Shown here: one piece after another, positions 14,179 through 28,012 of the stretch | Position numbering within the stretch: the first letter of the stretch is position 1 | How the letters are laid out: every line of letters begins with the position of its first letter | Source: the human T2T-CHM13v2.0 reference genome, Homo sapiens | Strand: one strand, 5' to 3' | Length of the DNA stretch: 64,000 bases | Assembly (NCBI RefSeq): GCF_009914755.1 | Contig: NC_060934.1 | Position numbers and translations under genes: made by a program | Notes under the pieces: model-generated | The model's database searches: none | What the model saw: the letters and a program-made list of their open reading frames with translations, nothing else | What the model was told of the DNA's origin: nothing

Positions 14179-16007
14179 GTTACATTGTTAATGAGATGTC
14201 CTATTCTAACCCATCAAGATCATTTTGTTTTCTAAATAAACCTGCCATCCAATTTTCAGGAATGTGGATACTAGATTAACATCATCTGTGAATTAACAAC
14301 AACATCATCATGCTATGTGTCCTCATTCAAACAACTGATTTAAAAAAAAAAAAACAGGCAGAGTGCTACATCCCAGCTGTTGACAAGGATTCAATTAGTG
14401 TTTATGGCGCTCAATTACAAATCAGTCTAATTGTATTATTCTCCAGTCCACATTTCTTAAGTCCTATTCTTCAAGGATATCTCATGAGGGACTTTGCCAA
14501 ATACCCTAATATCCAAATATATCACTGGCTGCACTGCTTTAATATATAAATCCCACTTGGACAGAAATTCAATTTTCCTACCTAATGATATTCGCTGGTA
14601 AAAGAACCCTCACTGGAAGTTGCTCTTTAATTTGGGTGTTAACAAATTTTGTAAAGTTATTTTAAGGAAAATCTTAATCAAACTGTGCTCAAGAAATGGG
14701 ATATGTGGTCAAATTCTGAATTACCTAAAGGTTTACAAAACACAAAGCCCCGCCAAAACACGTAATTTGTGTTTAAATCTCCTAAGACATTTGTCCAATC
14801 CCTGCCTTATGACACAGCAATTAATCACCTTACAATGTAAAGTGCTGTACACAATTAAGGCTTTTAACAAAACCCTTAACAACATATTCTCTCAAATCCA
14901 GGAACATAAATATATTCTTAATATACAGATTGCCAAAGCTGAAATTTAGAATGTAAGTTTTTCTAATTGCAGGAAGCTAATGATAGCAAATGGGTAGAAA
15001 ACCTAAACAGTGTAAGTCTGAGTACTGTAAAGTTTAAAAATTAACACCTGCATTTGGAATGTGTTTTTTCTTTGTTATTTACTCTGCTTTTAAAAGTAGA
15101 ATGGAGATTCAGGGGGTAGGATTAGGAAGTGAATAGAGGCTAGTGTAAGGTGTTAGTGTAATTTAGTTTCTTAATTTATTTTCTATCTATAAATCATATC
15201 TTTCCCTTTGCTTTTCTTAATTCAAATGATACCTGAAGTAAACATTCCAGATGCAAAAAAAAAAAAAGATAAGGTTTTCAGTAGCAATAATTAGGGCCAA
15301 TATTACATTACCTCACTTTCTCCCCAATTTTTACTGATTATTAGTAAATACTCTTAATTTCAAGTATGTACAGGGAACAGAACATAAGACACTGTTTCTT
15401 TTACAAGCTGGTTTTTGTTTCCTTTTAAGCCTGCACCCCACTGACCTAATTTTAGATTTTAATTTCAGCATTCCCTGAAATGAAAATCATCACCTTAATT
15501 AAGTTCTGACATGATTCAGAAGTTTCAGAATATAAAAACACCTCTTAATTAAAAGCCTGGTGAAACAAAGCATTTTAAAATGAGTATTTCACAAAAACAT
15601 TGTTATTTTAATATAAAATTTAAGATAAGGTTCAAGACCATGCAATGATACACAACTTTTGGAACAAAACTGATTTTCCACTAGGGTAAAACTACTATTT
15701 TAAAACCAGAATAGTACAATAATATATAATATATAATTCTCTCCCATATGTATGCATCTATATCTTAAAATTATTTATGACTATTGGATATGCCTGGCAC
15801 TATAAAACATATGCCAAAATAGAACTTTTAAAATGACAATGTAAAAAACAAACATAAATAGAAACCCTAAATATTTTTCCTGTACATGGTGAAGCATGCT
15901 GTGGCTTCAACATGCATTCCCTGGAATATAATATCACCTGAGAGGGTTTGGCTTTTAAGATTTTATTACAGAAAATTTCCAATATATACAAAAGTACAGA
16001 GAACAGT

Positions 16008-16271
16008 AAAATCAACTCAGTGGTAGACCATAAAACATGGTAACAAATTCCTCCTATCCTTATAAGCATATCTCTTTGCAATGTAACTTTACTAAAGCTG
16101 CTGCTAGAGGTATAACTTGGTTTCTTCATCCCTCTCTCAGCAACCAATATAACTAGAAAAAAATAAGTGGAGGCACAGGCAACCTCAACATCATCAACCT
16201 TGATTTAACTGACACTTATAGAACATTATACTCAACAATGGCAAAATACATTCTTTTCAAGTGTACATGGT
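16008..16271 (+). repeat. Copy 1 of a ~260-bp local direct duplication
   Basis: Near-identical to 17671-17930. Confidence 0.93.
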
Positions 16272-16790
16272 AAGTTCACCAGGATGTAGAAGGTCATGAA
16301 ACAAATATCAGTAATTTTAAAAAGACAGAACTCTTACAAAGCATGTTTTCTGACCATAGTGGAATTAAATTACAAATTAGTAACTAGGAAAACCCCAAAT
16401 ATCTGGAGAGCAAAACAACACACTTCTAAATAATTCATGAGTTAAAGAAAAATCACAAGAGAAATCCAAAAATATTTCAAATGAAATGATGAAAATGCAA
16501 CCAATCAGAATTTGTGGGATGCAACTAAAGTAGTGTTTTAGAGGAAATTTATAGTTTTAAATGCTTATATAGGGGGGAAAATCTAAAATTAGTGACCTAA
16601 GTCCCCATTTTAAGAAATTAAACCCCAAAGTAGAAGCAAAGAAATAATAAAGAACAGAAACCAATGGAACAGATACTTAAATAATAGAGAAATCAATAAA
16701 AGCTGACTCAATAAAATGACCAATAAAACTGGTAAGCCTATAGGCTAAACTGATCAAGAAACAAGAGAGAAGACACATATTACCAAATAA
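16130..16790 (+). mobile_element. Old L1M ORF2 (endonuclease region) remnant
   Basis: atacattcttttcaagtgtacatgg...ttctgaccatagtggaattaaatta...cttctaaataattcatg are typical L1 ORF2 motifs; boundaries approximate. Confidence 0.75.
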
Positions 16791-17538
16791 ATGGCTATTA
16801 CCAAAAAGACAAAAAAAAACAAAAAAACAAAAAAATATTGACAAGGATGTGGAAGAAGAGGAACTCCTATACACTGTTAGTGGGAAAGTAGATTAGTTAC
16901 AGCTATTATGAAAAACAGTACAGTGGTTCCTCAAAAATTTAAAAATAGAACTAGCAATGATCCAATAATCCCACTATTGGGTATATAGTCAAAGAAAATG
17001 AAATTGGTATGATGAAGATATACTTGCACTTCCTTGATTACTGCAGTACTATTCACAAGAGCCAAGCTATGGAATCAACCTAAGAGTCCATCAATGGATA
17101 AATGGATAAAAAATGTGCGGTATACAAACACAGTGGAATACTATTCAGCCACAAAAAACAAAACCCCAGAGAAAAGTCATTTATGACAACATGGATGAAC
17201 CCAGAGGACATTATGTTAAGTGAAATAAGCCAGGCAGAGAAGGACAAATACTGTATGATCTCACTCATATGTGGAATCTAAAAAACTTGATCTCATAGAA
17301 ATAGACGTAGAAGAGTGGTTACCAGAGGCTGGGGAGAATAGGGGGAGTGGGGAGATCAGAAGTGGCTATAAAAAGTTACAGTTAGGAGGTATAAGTTCTG
17401 ATGTTCTATTGCACAATAGGGTAAGTATAGTTAATAATGTATTGTATATTCCAAAATAGCTGGAAGAGATTATTTTTAATATTTTCACCACAAAGAAATG
17501 TTTGCGGTGATGGCTATGCTAGTTATCCTGATTTGATC
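16790..17538 (+). mobile_element. L1MA 3' end
   Basis: gacaaggatgtggaag...caacatggatgaacccagaggacattatgttaagtgaaataagccagg...ttctattgcacaatagggt. Confidence 0.85.
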
Positions 17539-17640
17539 ACTTGAGCTGGGAAGGTGGAGGTTGCATTGAGCCATGACTGCACCACTACAGTCCAGCCTGG
17601 GCAACAGAGCTAGACCCTGCCTCAAAAACAAAAAAAACCC
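17535..17640 (+). mobile_element. AluJ right-arm 3' fragment fused to the L1MA
   Basis: gatcacttgagc...ccagcctgggcaacagagctagaccctgcctcaaaa. Confidence 0.85.
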
Positions 17641-17670
17641 ACCACCACCAACAAAACCCAAAAAAGACTG

Positions 17671-17930
17671 AAAATGAACTCAGTGGTAGACCATAAAACA
17701 TGGTAACAAATTCCTCCTATTCTTATAAGCATGTCTCTTTGCAATGTAACTTTACTAAAGCTGCTGTTAGAGGTAAAACTTGGTTTCTTCATCCTCTCAG
17801 CAACCAATATAACTAGAAAAAAGAAGTGGAGGCACAGGCAACCTCAACATCATCAACCTTGATTTAACTGACACTTATAGAACATTATACTCAACAATGG
17901 CAAAATACATTCTTTTAAAGTGTACATGGT
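17671..17930 (+). repeat. Copy 2 of the ~260-bp local direct duplication
   Basis: Near-identical to 16008-16271. Confidence 0.93.
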
Positions 17931-17969
17931 TATATCAATTATATACATTAAATTCATAATTATAAGCCT

Positions 17970-20355
17970 TCCTTCCCAACACACAAAAAACTCCCTCCCA
18001 GTTGGGAGCTAGGTTGCTTCATCGGTGAATTCTGAAAGAAAAAATAAAACAAGGCAAACATAAAACAAGAAAACAGAAGTATAGACTAATCTCTCTAATG
18101 TTCAAAAAGATACAAAATTTAACAAAATTTTAGGAAATTCAACCCAGCAATACATTAAAAAAGATAATAATCATAACCAAGTGAATCAATCAATGTAATT
18201 TATCGTGTTAACAAAACAATGGAGAAAGCCATATTTCAATACTGCAAAAAAATTAACAAAATCCAATATTCATTAATGGTAAAAGCCCTCAGCAAACTAG
18301 AAGTATAAGAGAACTTCCTAAACCTGATTAGACATCTACAAAAATCTACAAATAACACAAAACTCAAAGATGAAAGATTTTGTTTTATAACTCAGATCAG
18401 TAACAAGGCAAGGATTTCTGCTCTTAACACTTCAACACTGTACTGGAAGTTAATGTCAGTGTAATGAAAAAAAAAAGGAAAGTGTAAAGATCGGAAGGGA
18501 GGAAAAAACTCTGTCTTTATTTGCAGATACTATGATCCTATACATAGAAAATTCCAAGAAATCTACAAAACAACTATTAGAGCTATTAAGTGAAATTAAG
18601 TCACAGACTACAAGGTCAATATTCAAAAGTCAAATGAGTGTCTCTATATCAGAAAATTATTACAATTAAATTATAAATTATAGAATATATGGAATTATAA
18701 TTAGAAAAATTAAAAAATCCCAAATCTATTACAATAGTATTAAAAATATTTAAGTTTAATGAAAGATGTGTAAGACCTATATGTTGCAAATTACAATATA
18801 CTGCATTATTGTGAGAATTTTAAGGGAAATGAAAGAAGATTTAAATAAATGGAGAATACCATGGTTCATGCATAAGATTCATTATTGTTGAGATGACAGT
18901 TCTTCCCAAATTTATCTACAAATTCAACACAATCCCAGTCGAAATCCCTGCAGGCATTTAGAGAAGAAATGGACCAAGAACAGCCAAAACACTCCTTAAA
19001 TATAACAGGGTTGGAGGTCTTACACTACCTGATTTCAAGGCTTGCTATATGTTAGATAAATCAAGACAGCGTGGTATTGGTCTAATGACAGACACATGAA
19101 ATAATGAAATGATAGTCCACAAACAGAACAACACTTATATGGTCAATTTATGTTGGACACAGGTGCTAGATTAATTAATAGGGAAAAGGGTATACTGAGA
19201 CAAGTAGATGTCTGAATAGGGAAAAAAGTGAACCTTGACTCACACACTACATAAAAATTTATGGGAAAAGGAAAATGAACCTAAACTTAAGGACTAAAAC
19301 TATTAAATTTATAGATGAAAATACAGGAGAACATCTTTATGACACTGAGTTGGGCAAAGATTTCTTAAACATGACACAAACAGTATAAATCTATAAAAGA
19401 AAAAAGTTATAAAATGGACTTCATAAAATTAATGACTTTTGCTCTTTGAAAGACAGTTAAGAAAATGAAATGATAAGCCATAGATTAGGAGAAAATATTT
19501 GAAAAACATTCATCTGAGAAAGGACCTTGACCCATGAATATATAACTCTTACAACTAAATAAGAAAAAGCCCAATAAAAAGTGGGCAAAAGATTTGAACA
19601 GATACTTCACAAAAGAAGATATGCAAATGGCCAACAAGCATATTAAAAGATGTTCAATTAGCCATTAGGAAAATACAAATTCAAACCATGAGATACTACA
19701 TACCTACTAGAATGACTAAATTAAAGGTGGACAATACCAACTGCTGCTGAGGATGTGAAGCAACTAAAACTCTCCTATATTGCTGATGGGAATATAAAAT
19801 GGTACAGCTACTTTGGAAAGCAGTTTGGCATTTTCAAGTTAAACATACACTCACCATAGGACCCAGCAATCCTACTTTTAGATATTTACCAAAGAGAAAT
19901 GAAAACATGGCCACACACAGACTTGCATGCCAATATTCACAGAGCATCATTCATAAAAGCCAGGAACTGGTCAAATGATGAGGTGAACTGTAACACAAAT
20001 AGCAAGTGGTCCCTGACTTATGAGGGTTAGACTTAAGATTTTTTGACTTTACGATGTGGGAAAGCAATACAGTTTCAGTGTGCTCCTCAATTTATTATGG
20101 GGGATATATCTGGATAAGCCTATAAGTTGAAAATATTGTTAAGTAAAAAACATACTATTTTCAATTTACAACAATGGGTTTATCTGGATGTAACCCCAAT
20201 GTAAGTTGAGGAACATCTGTAATGGATGAGGTGATAAAATTATTCTCTATCTTGATGAAGGTAGAGGTTACATGATTGTATACAATTACCAAAATTCACC
20301 ACACTGTACCCTTAGTAAATTTTATTGTTTAAATTATACCTCAAAATAAAGCTAC
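17970..20355 (+). mobile_element. Old L1M (ORF2 RT region to 3' end), degraded, interrupted by a MER47
   Basis: tttatttgcagatactatgatcctatacatagaaaa (FADD motif region); gtgggcaaaagatttgaacagatacttcac; 3' end aaattatacctc. Confidence 0.8.
20003..20219. mobile_element. MER47/Tigger5-family TcMar DNA transposon
   Basis: Terminal caagtggtccctgacttatg ... gtaagttgaggaacatctg|ta, with internal repeats of the TIR motif. Confidence 0.7.
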
Positions 20356-21353
20356 TAAAAGGAAAGCAAAAACAAAACCTTATATATGCCAGTTTTTGTC
20401 CTAAGATGCTTAAATATGCAGATCACTAATTCAGATAACCTTTAGTTTTCCAATTTACCTAATTTAATAAAAGACAACTTGGTATGAATTTAGATGATCC
20501 TTAAGTTAATAAGGAAGAAAAGCAATATTTATATGGTTTTTTAAATTCAACTTATGTCAATCAAATGCATACTGACTTTGACCTACCCATAATTGGAATT
20601 ACTAGACTGTAGATACAGAATGAAACCAGATATAAGAAGCAAGAACAGCGTGTCTGAAAGAAAAAAAATGTAACTCAAGTTTTTACTACTATTAAAAAGA
20701 ATTAGAACTTGTAATTATCAAATACTTGCATGTGGTTAAAAAATCAAATATAGAAAAATAACACAAGAGCAATAGTCCTGTCTCCTCAAGTCCCCTTTAC
20801 CCCATCCCCACACCATAGCAACTGCTTTTAAACTCTTTGTTTTTAGTCGTTTTGGGGGTTACCTTTTTTCTCTAGATAATATGCATACATCATCATTTCT
20901 TAATATACCAAATTTTAGACAATGTGTTGACTTCCTACTATTACAGGCAAGGAGGCTACTCACCTTTCCCCCAAATTATAGTAATTACAGCACTGTTTTT
21001 AGTTCTTCTACATAACTTCTTTATAACTATCATCAATACAGTTATACCCCTATATTTCTTATTTATCAACTACAGACAATATATATATCTGATATCAGGA
21101 CTTTATATTCTTCCCTCTTTCTCTCCTCCTTATACTTCTACCTTCTAAACTCTACTATCAAAGTTAATAACTATTATATTCCTTTTGTAACTACAGTGAA
21201 GCTACAAGGTTGATCGATTCTAAAACTAAAAATCAGCAAATAATGTTTACGATATTGTGACTACATATTGTTTACTGCAAAGCTGGGCATCATTACATTT
21301 TGTCTTGTACAGCCTTTTTCTTGAAAGTTTTTTTTCTTTAAACATATCTTTAG

Positions 21354-21570
21354 CAGTCAGCCCTCCATATCCACAAGGGTTCCAGGACCCCACTCGAGGA
21401 TACCAAAATCGGTATATACTCAGATACATACGCAATGAGGCATATAATGAGGCCTTATGCAAAATGAGGCAGTACAATCAGCCCTCCATATCCATCACAG
21501 TCCTCACAGTCCTAATCCACAGCTGGGTTTCAGTCCGTAGTTGGCTGAATCCCAAGATGTAAATCTGGGT
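21354..21570 (+). mobile_element. MER2-family (Tigger) fragment
   Basis: cagtcagccctccatatcc...gttccaggacccc...ggataccaaaatc. Confidence 0.65.
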
Positions 21571-21770
21571 GCTTCCTTATTCCAAAAGATAACCTACAAT
21601 TAAGGAATTAACATTAACATCTATAGACGTTTTCACTCAAAATCTTTATAAATGGTGAAAGTTTGCCACCATCTACAAATTTAATAGTTTTAGTTCTCTT
21701 TCAGAAAACAAAGAAAATCTGATCCCTCACAGTCCACGGTTGGGTTTCAATCCACAGTTGATTGAATCTG

Positions 21771-22360
21771 GTAATGATCTTTTTGCAAAGAATTTCCCAG
21801 GTATTCTTTGAACTTCTTGTATTTGGATGCCTAAATCTCTAGCAAGGCCAGGGAAGTTTTCCTCAATTATTCCCTCAAATCAGTTTTCCAGACTTTTAGA
21901 TTTCTCTTCTTCCTCAGGAACACCAGTTATTTGTAGGTTTTTCCATTCAACATAATCCCAAATTTCTTAGAAGCTTTGTTTATTTTGTTTTATTCTTTTT
22001 TCTTTGTCTCTTTCTGATTGGATTAATTCAAAAGCCTTGTCTTCCAGCTCTGAAGTTCTTTCTTCTACTTATTGTAGTCTGTTGTTGAAACTTTCCACTG
22101 CATTTTGTATTTATCTAAGTGTGTCTTTCATTTCCAGAAATTGTGGTTGCTTTTTCTTTATGATATCTATTTCTCTGGAGAATTTTTCATCCATATCCTA
22201 TTTTTTTTCTAATTTCTTTTAGTTGATTTTCACCTTTCTTTGGTATTCCTTGAATAGCTTAATAATCAACCCCCTGAATTCTTTATCTGGAATTCAGAGA
22301 TTTCTTCTTGGTTTGGATCCATTGCTGGTGTGATCTTTTGGGGGTTTTATAGAACCTTGA
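21771..22360 (-). mobile_element. L1 (L1PB/L1MA-type) ORF1 fragment
   Basis: cttcttgtatttggatgcctaaatctctagcaaggccagggaagttttcctc is typical antisense L1 ORF1. Confidence 0.8.
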
Positions 22361-23082
22361 GGAAGATATTTCTTCCTCAGTGCAGGAATCCTGTTTTATT
22401 CAATTACTATTGCACTTGTGTGCAGTGATCTTGTTGCCTACATTTTTAAAACAACAGAACCACCACTTCTTTCAGCTATTACATGGGTTTTTGTAGACTG
22501 GCCAGGGAACCTATATGCTAGCACAGGTTATATGAGAAACCCCCCCCATGTCAAATCAACACCTTTACCCTCTCCTCCTCCAGGTCTCTTTTCAGTACCA
22601 GGCCAGTTCTCTAATTTCACCTGTTTTCTCACAGGTTAAAAAAACTGGGCCTGCTATTCCCTCATTTTAAAAAGCTGCCACCACTTAGGGTTTGTTCTGG
22701 CTTCCTAATTCCTATTATTCCAGAAAAATGCAATATTTTTGTTTCGTGGTCCTCTGGCTGGATAAACATCCTAAATAAGCAGGAGTAGAATTAGACTAAT
22801 AAGTACAGAGACTCTTTAAAAATTTGCTTATATAAATGGAAGTTTTGGAAAACATGTCTGAAAGTAGAAATATTTGTTAATGCCAAATACTCTGAATATT
22901 CTCAGATTATTCAAATTTTAAAATGGTCTTCAAAAGCCATTCTATAATGTAGCATCCAAACATTTCTGTCACAAAGCCTCTTAAGTTTATAAAATTTAGT
23001 CCTTCTGCTCATGAGAATATAAAAAAGCTCCTTTGGTTGAAGGAACCAAAACTCTACATGCTACAGATCTTCCAAAGGCGAT

Positions 23083-23452
23083 TGCTATGAACTAAATATA
23101 TGTGTTCCCCCATCCCCAACCTTCTACCAATTTATATGTTGAAATCCCAACCCCCTAACATGATTGTATTAGGAGATGGGGTCTTTGGGAGATGATTAGG
23201 TCATGAGGGTGGAGCCCTCTTTTATTAGTACCCTTATAAAAGAAGCCTGAGAGAACACCCTTATCCCTTCTGCCATGTGAGGACATAGGGAAAAGACAGC
23301 CAGCTATGAATCAAGAAGCCAGCAGACAGTGAATCTGCTGGTGCCCTGATCTTGGACTTCCCAGCCTCTCAAACTGTGAGGAATTCATTTCTGTTGCTTA
23401 CGAGCCACTCAGTTTGTTATTTTTGTTATAGCAGTCCAAATGGACTAAGGCA
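23083..23452 (+). mobile_element. MLT1A-type MaLR solo LTR
   Basis: tgctatgaactaaat...gatcttggacttcccagcctc...ttatagcagtccaaatggactaaggca. Confidence 0.85.
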
Positions 23453-23469
23453 GCAACTAAAAATCATCA

Positions 23470-23760
<291 letters not shown>

Positions 23761-25112
23761 AAAAAATCATCATTTTTGAGGGACCAGTATACAAATCACC
23801 TTTGTTTGGCTTGCTTTTGGCACTTGGCAATTGAATTCTGAATATCAGGAACTTGGGCCATTATGATTAAAGTATAAGAGAATTATTTCCAAATTTTCAG
23901 TTACAATTGAGAGGTCAAGATTTCTAAAACTAAAACAACTTTTTATATTAAATAAGTTACTGAGCTGTTTGCAAGGTGAACTTCTATGTACAACATACTT
24001 GGCAGAAAATATGTTAGAAATGTAACTTTGGTTACATTTTCTGAATGAGCAGCTCTGGCTATTTCGGTAAATGCCAGATGTCAGATCAATTTGTTTATGG
24101 TTAAAGGATACAATTTACTGCCAAGTGAGGGACTACCAGCTTACTGTCCATCCCAATTAGAGGCAGCAAGAAGGCTGTTGAAGATCTAGGGCTAAATTTC
24201 CTATTTTACCATCCATCACCTTTAAAAATCACAACCATAATTGACGATCCCAACTAACTCCATTAGCATTAGGCTAAACACAAAGAGATACACATTTGTT
24301 CTTGTTCATTTTTGTTCTCTCCTCCCTCCCTTTTTCCTCTAATTCCCTCTTCTCTCCCTCCCCCGGACAGCCCCCACAAACACCCTTGAGTGTAAGGTAA
24401 CTCAAGTAACATGTGGTTCAGTTTAGAAGTGACTAAGTTAGAACTAGACTACTATTACTCAATTTCTGTTTATAAAGCATATTTCAGTAAATTATAATTC
24501 TGAAAAGTTAATAAAACAATTTCTAGGTTCTAGAACAAAACAAAGAAAACACATGAAAAGAAACAAAATACTGAGCTTCTGAAGGGTCCTTCTGGTACCA
24601 ATCTAATTTACTTCTAAGCCAGGCAGTTTTAACAGCACAAAAGATATAAACTGAAATACTTCATGGGACCCTCAACTACTTGGAAACAATAGACCTTGTT
24701 CCAAGGAACCCACTATATTCTCAATCATTTTCCATTTAGTTCCATCACTTTAATAGAAAAACAAAGGAGATACCACATTTACTAGGTGTCATCTTTGAAA
24801 CTGTCTTACCAGCAAAGAGGATTCACAATTTGGATGCACAGAATCACACCATCTTTTTCAAAGTAAGTATAACTCTTTGAAACAGACATATGGCAAATGT
24901 CTTGTTTTTATCACTTGGCATAAAAATTACTATCAACTCCCACAGAACTTTTCAAAAGACCTGTCACTATATTTAAACAATTCATAAAGATATAAAATCA
25001 GAAAAGTTCTTAAACTCATAAGCCAGATAAATGGAAAAGAATCTCTCAACTAAGGAGAAATGCTGTATCTCAATTATGACAAAAATTATATATGCAGTTG
25101 TGCCTTGGTATC

Positions 25113-27387
25113 TGATATGGTTTGGCTGTGTCCCCACCCAAATCTCAACTTGAATTGTATCTCCCAGAATTCACATATGTTGTGGGAGGGACCCAGGGGG
25201 GCGTAATTGAATCAAGAGGGCCAGTCTTTCCTGTGCTATTCTCGTGATAGTGAATTAAGTCTCATGAGATCTGATGGGTTTATCAGGGGTTTCCGCTTTT
25301 GCTTCTTCCTCATTTTTCTCTTGCTGCCTCCATGTAAGAAGTGCCTTTTGCCTCCTGGCATGATTCTGAGGCCTCCCCAGCCATGTGGAACTGTTAAGTC
25401 CCATTAAACCTCTTTCTTTTGTAAAATGCCCAGTCTCAGGTATGCCTTTATCAGAAGCATGAAAATGGACTAATACAGTAAATTGGTACCATTAGAGTGG
25501 GGCGGTGCTGAAAAGATACCTGAAAATGTGGAAGCGACTTTGGAACTGGGTAAAAGGCAGAGAGGTTGGAACAGTTTGGAAGGCTCAGAAGAAAAGAAAA
25601 TGTGGGAAAGTTTGGAACTTCCTAGAAACTTGTCGAATGGCTTTGCCCAAAACACTGACAGTGACATGGACAATAAGGTCCAGGCTGAGGTGGTCTCAGA
25701 TGGAGATGAGGAACTTGTTGGGAACTGGAGTAAAGGTGACTCTTGTTATATTTTAGCAAAGAGACTGGCAGCATTTTACCCCTGCCCTAGAGATTTGTGG
25801 AATTTTGAACTTGAGAAAGATGATTTAGGGTATCTGGCAGAAGAAATTTCTAAGAAGAAAAGCATTCAACAGGTGACTTGGGTGCTGTTAAAGACATTTG
25901 GTTTTATAAGGGAAACAGAGCATAAAAGTTTGGAAAATTTGGAGCCTGACTATGCGATAGAAAAGAAAAATCCATTTTGTGGGGAGAAATTCAAGCCGGC
26001 TGCAGAAATTTGCATAAGTAGCAAGGAGCCTAATGTTAAATCCCAAGACCATGGGGAAAATGTCTCCAGGCCATATAGAGACCTTCAAGGCAGCCCCTCC
26101 CATCACAGGCCCAGAGGCCCAGGAGGAAAAAGTGGTTTCATGGGCTGGGCCCAGGGTCCCTGTGCTGTGTTCAGCCTAGGGACTTAGTGCCCTGTTGTCC
26201 TAGCCACTCCAGCTGTGGCTGAAAGAGGCCAACGTATAGCTTGGGCTGTGGCTTTAGAGGGTGGAAGCCCCCAAGCCTTATTCAGCCTGTGGGTGCACAG
26301 AAGAATTGAGGTTTGGGAACCTCTGCCTAGATTTCAGAAGATGTATGGAAATGCCTGGATGCCCAGGCAAAAGTTTACTGCAGGCTTGGGGCCCTCATGG
26401 AGAACCTCTGCTAGGGCAGTGTCAAAGGGAAATGTGGGGTCAGAGCCCCCCACACAGAGTCTCTACCAGGGCACTGCCTAGTGGAGCTGTGAGAAGAGGG
26501 CCACCATCCTCCAGACCCCAGAATGGAAGATCCACCAACAGCTTGTACCATAAGCCTGGAAAAGCCTCAGACACTCGATGCCAGCCCATGAAAACAGCTG
26601 TGAGGGAGATTGTACCCTGTAAAGCCACAGAGGTGGAGCTGTCTAAGACCATGGGAACCCACTTCTTGCATCAGCGTGACCTGGATGTGAGACCTGGGGT
26701 CAAAGGAGATCATTTTGGAGCTTTAAAATTTGACTGCCCTTCTGGATTTCGGACTTGTATGGGCCCTGTAACCCTTTGTTTTGGCCAATTTCTCTTATTT
26801 GGAATGGCTGTATTTACCCAATACCTGTACCCCCATCGTATCTAGGAAGTAACTAGCTTGCTTTTGATTTTACAGGCTCATAGGCGGAAGGGACTTGCCT
26901 TGTCTCAGATGAGACTTTGGACTGTGGGCTTTTGGGTTAATGCTGAAATGAGTTAAGACTTTTTGGGGACTACTGGGAAGGCATGACTGGTTTTGAAATG
27001 TGAAGACATGAGATTTGGAGGGGCCAGGGGGGAATGATATGGTTTGGCTGTGCCTCCACCCAATTCTCATCTTGAATTGTATCTCCAAGAATTCCCATGT
27101 GTTGTGGGAGGGACCCAAGGGGAGGTAATTGAATCATGGGGGCCGGTCTTTCCCATGCTATTCTCATGATAGCAAATAGTCTCAAGAGATCTGATGGGTT
27201 TATCAGGGGGTTTCTGCTTTTGCTTCTTCCTCATTTTTCTCTTGCTGCTGCCATGTAAGAAGTGTCTTTTGCCTTGAGATGATTCTGAGGCCTCCCCAGC
27301 CATGTGGAATTGCAAGTCCAAATAAGCCTCTTTTTGTTCCCAGTTTCAGGTATGTCTTTATCAGCAGCGTGAAAACAGACTAATACA
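25113..27387 (+). mobile_element. Full-length THE1A MaLR: 5' LTR 25113-25477, internal 25478-27034, 3' LTR 27035-27387; TSD GTATC
   Basis: Two TG...CA LTRs with THE1A diagnostics (gggtttatcagggg, cttcttcctcattt); polypurine tract 27017-27034; GTATC at 25108-25112 and 27388-27392. Confidence 0.95.
25600..26187 (+). pseudogene. Remnant of the THE1-int (MaLR) ORF
   Basis: ATG at 25600 starts MWESLELPRNLSNGFAQNTDSDMDNKVQAEVVSDGDEELVGNWSKG, the characteristic MaLR internal ORF peptide; continues in other frames after frameshifts. Confidence 0.75.
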
Positions 27388-27507
27388 GTATCTGTAGAAA
27401 ACTGATTCTAGGACCCCCATGGACACTGGGTCTGCTGATGCTCAAATCTTACAGTCAGCCCTGTGGAACTTTTAGATACAAAAAGTCATCCATGTCTGTG
27501 GGTTCTA

Positions 27508-27915
<408 letters not shown>

Positions 27916-27916
27916 T

Positions 27917-27939
27917 ACACACACACACACATATATACA

Positions 27940-27998
<59 letters not shown>

Positions 27999-28012
27999 GG
28001 AGAGAGAGAGAG
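27917..28012. repeat. Compound (CA)n/(TA)/(GA)n microsatellite in the Alu tail
   Basis: Direct reading. Confidence 0.95.

Noticed and set aside
15800-17807. Two similar ORFs (MVAER...[22 protein letters not shown]) as paralogous small genes
   Set aside because: The similarity comes from the 260-bp DNA duplication; non-ATG starts and no coding signature.
25372-25384. PRDM9 hotspot motif in the THE1A LTRs
   Set aside because: Both LTRs carry CCTCCCCAGCCAT, not the hotspot-associated CCTCCCTAGCCAC form.
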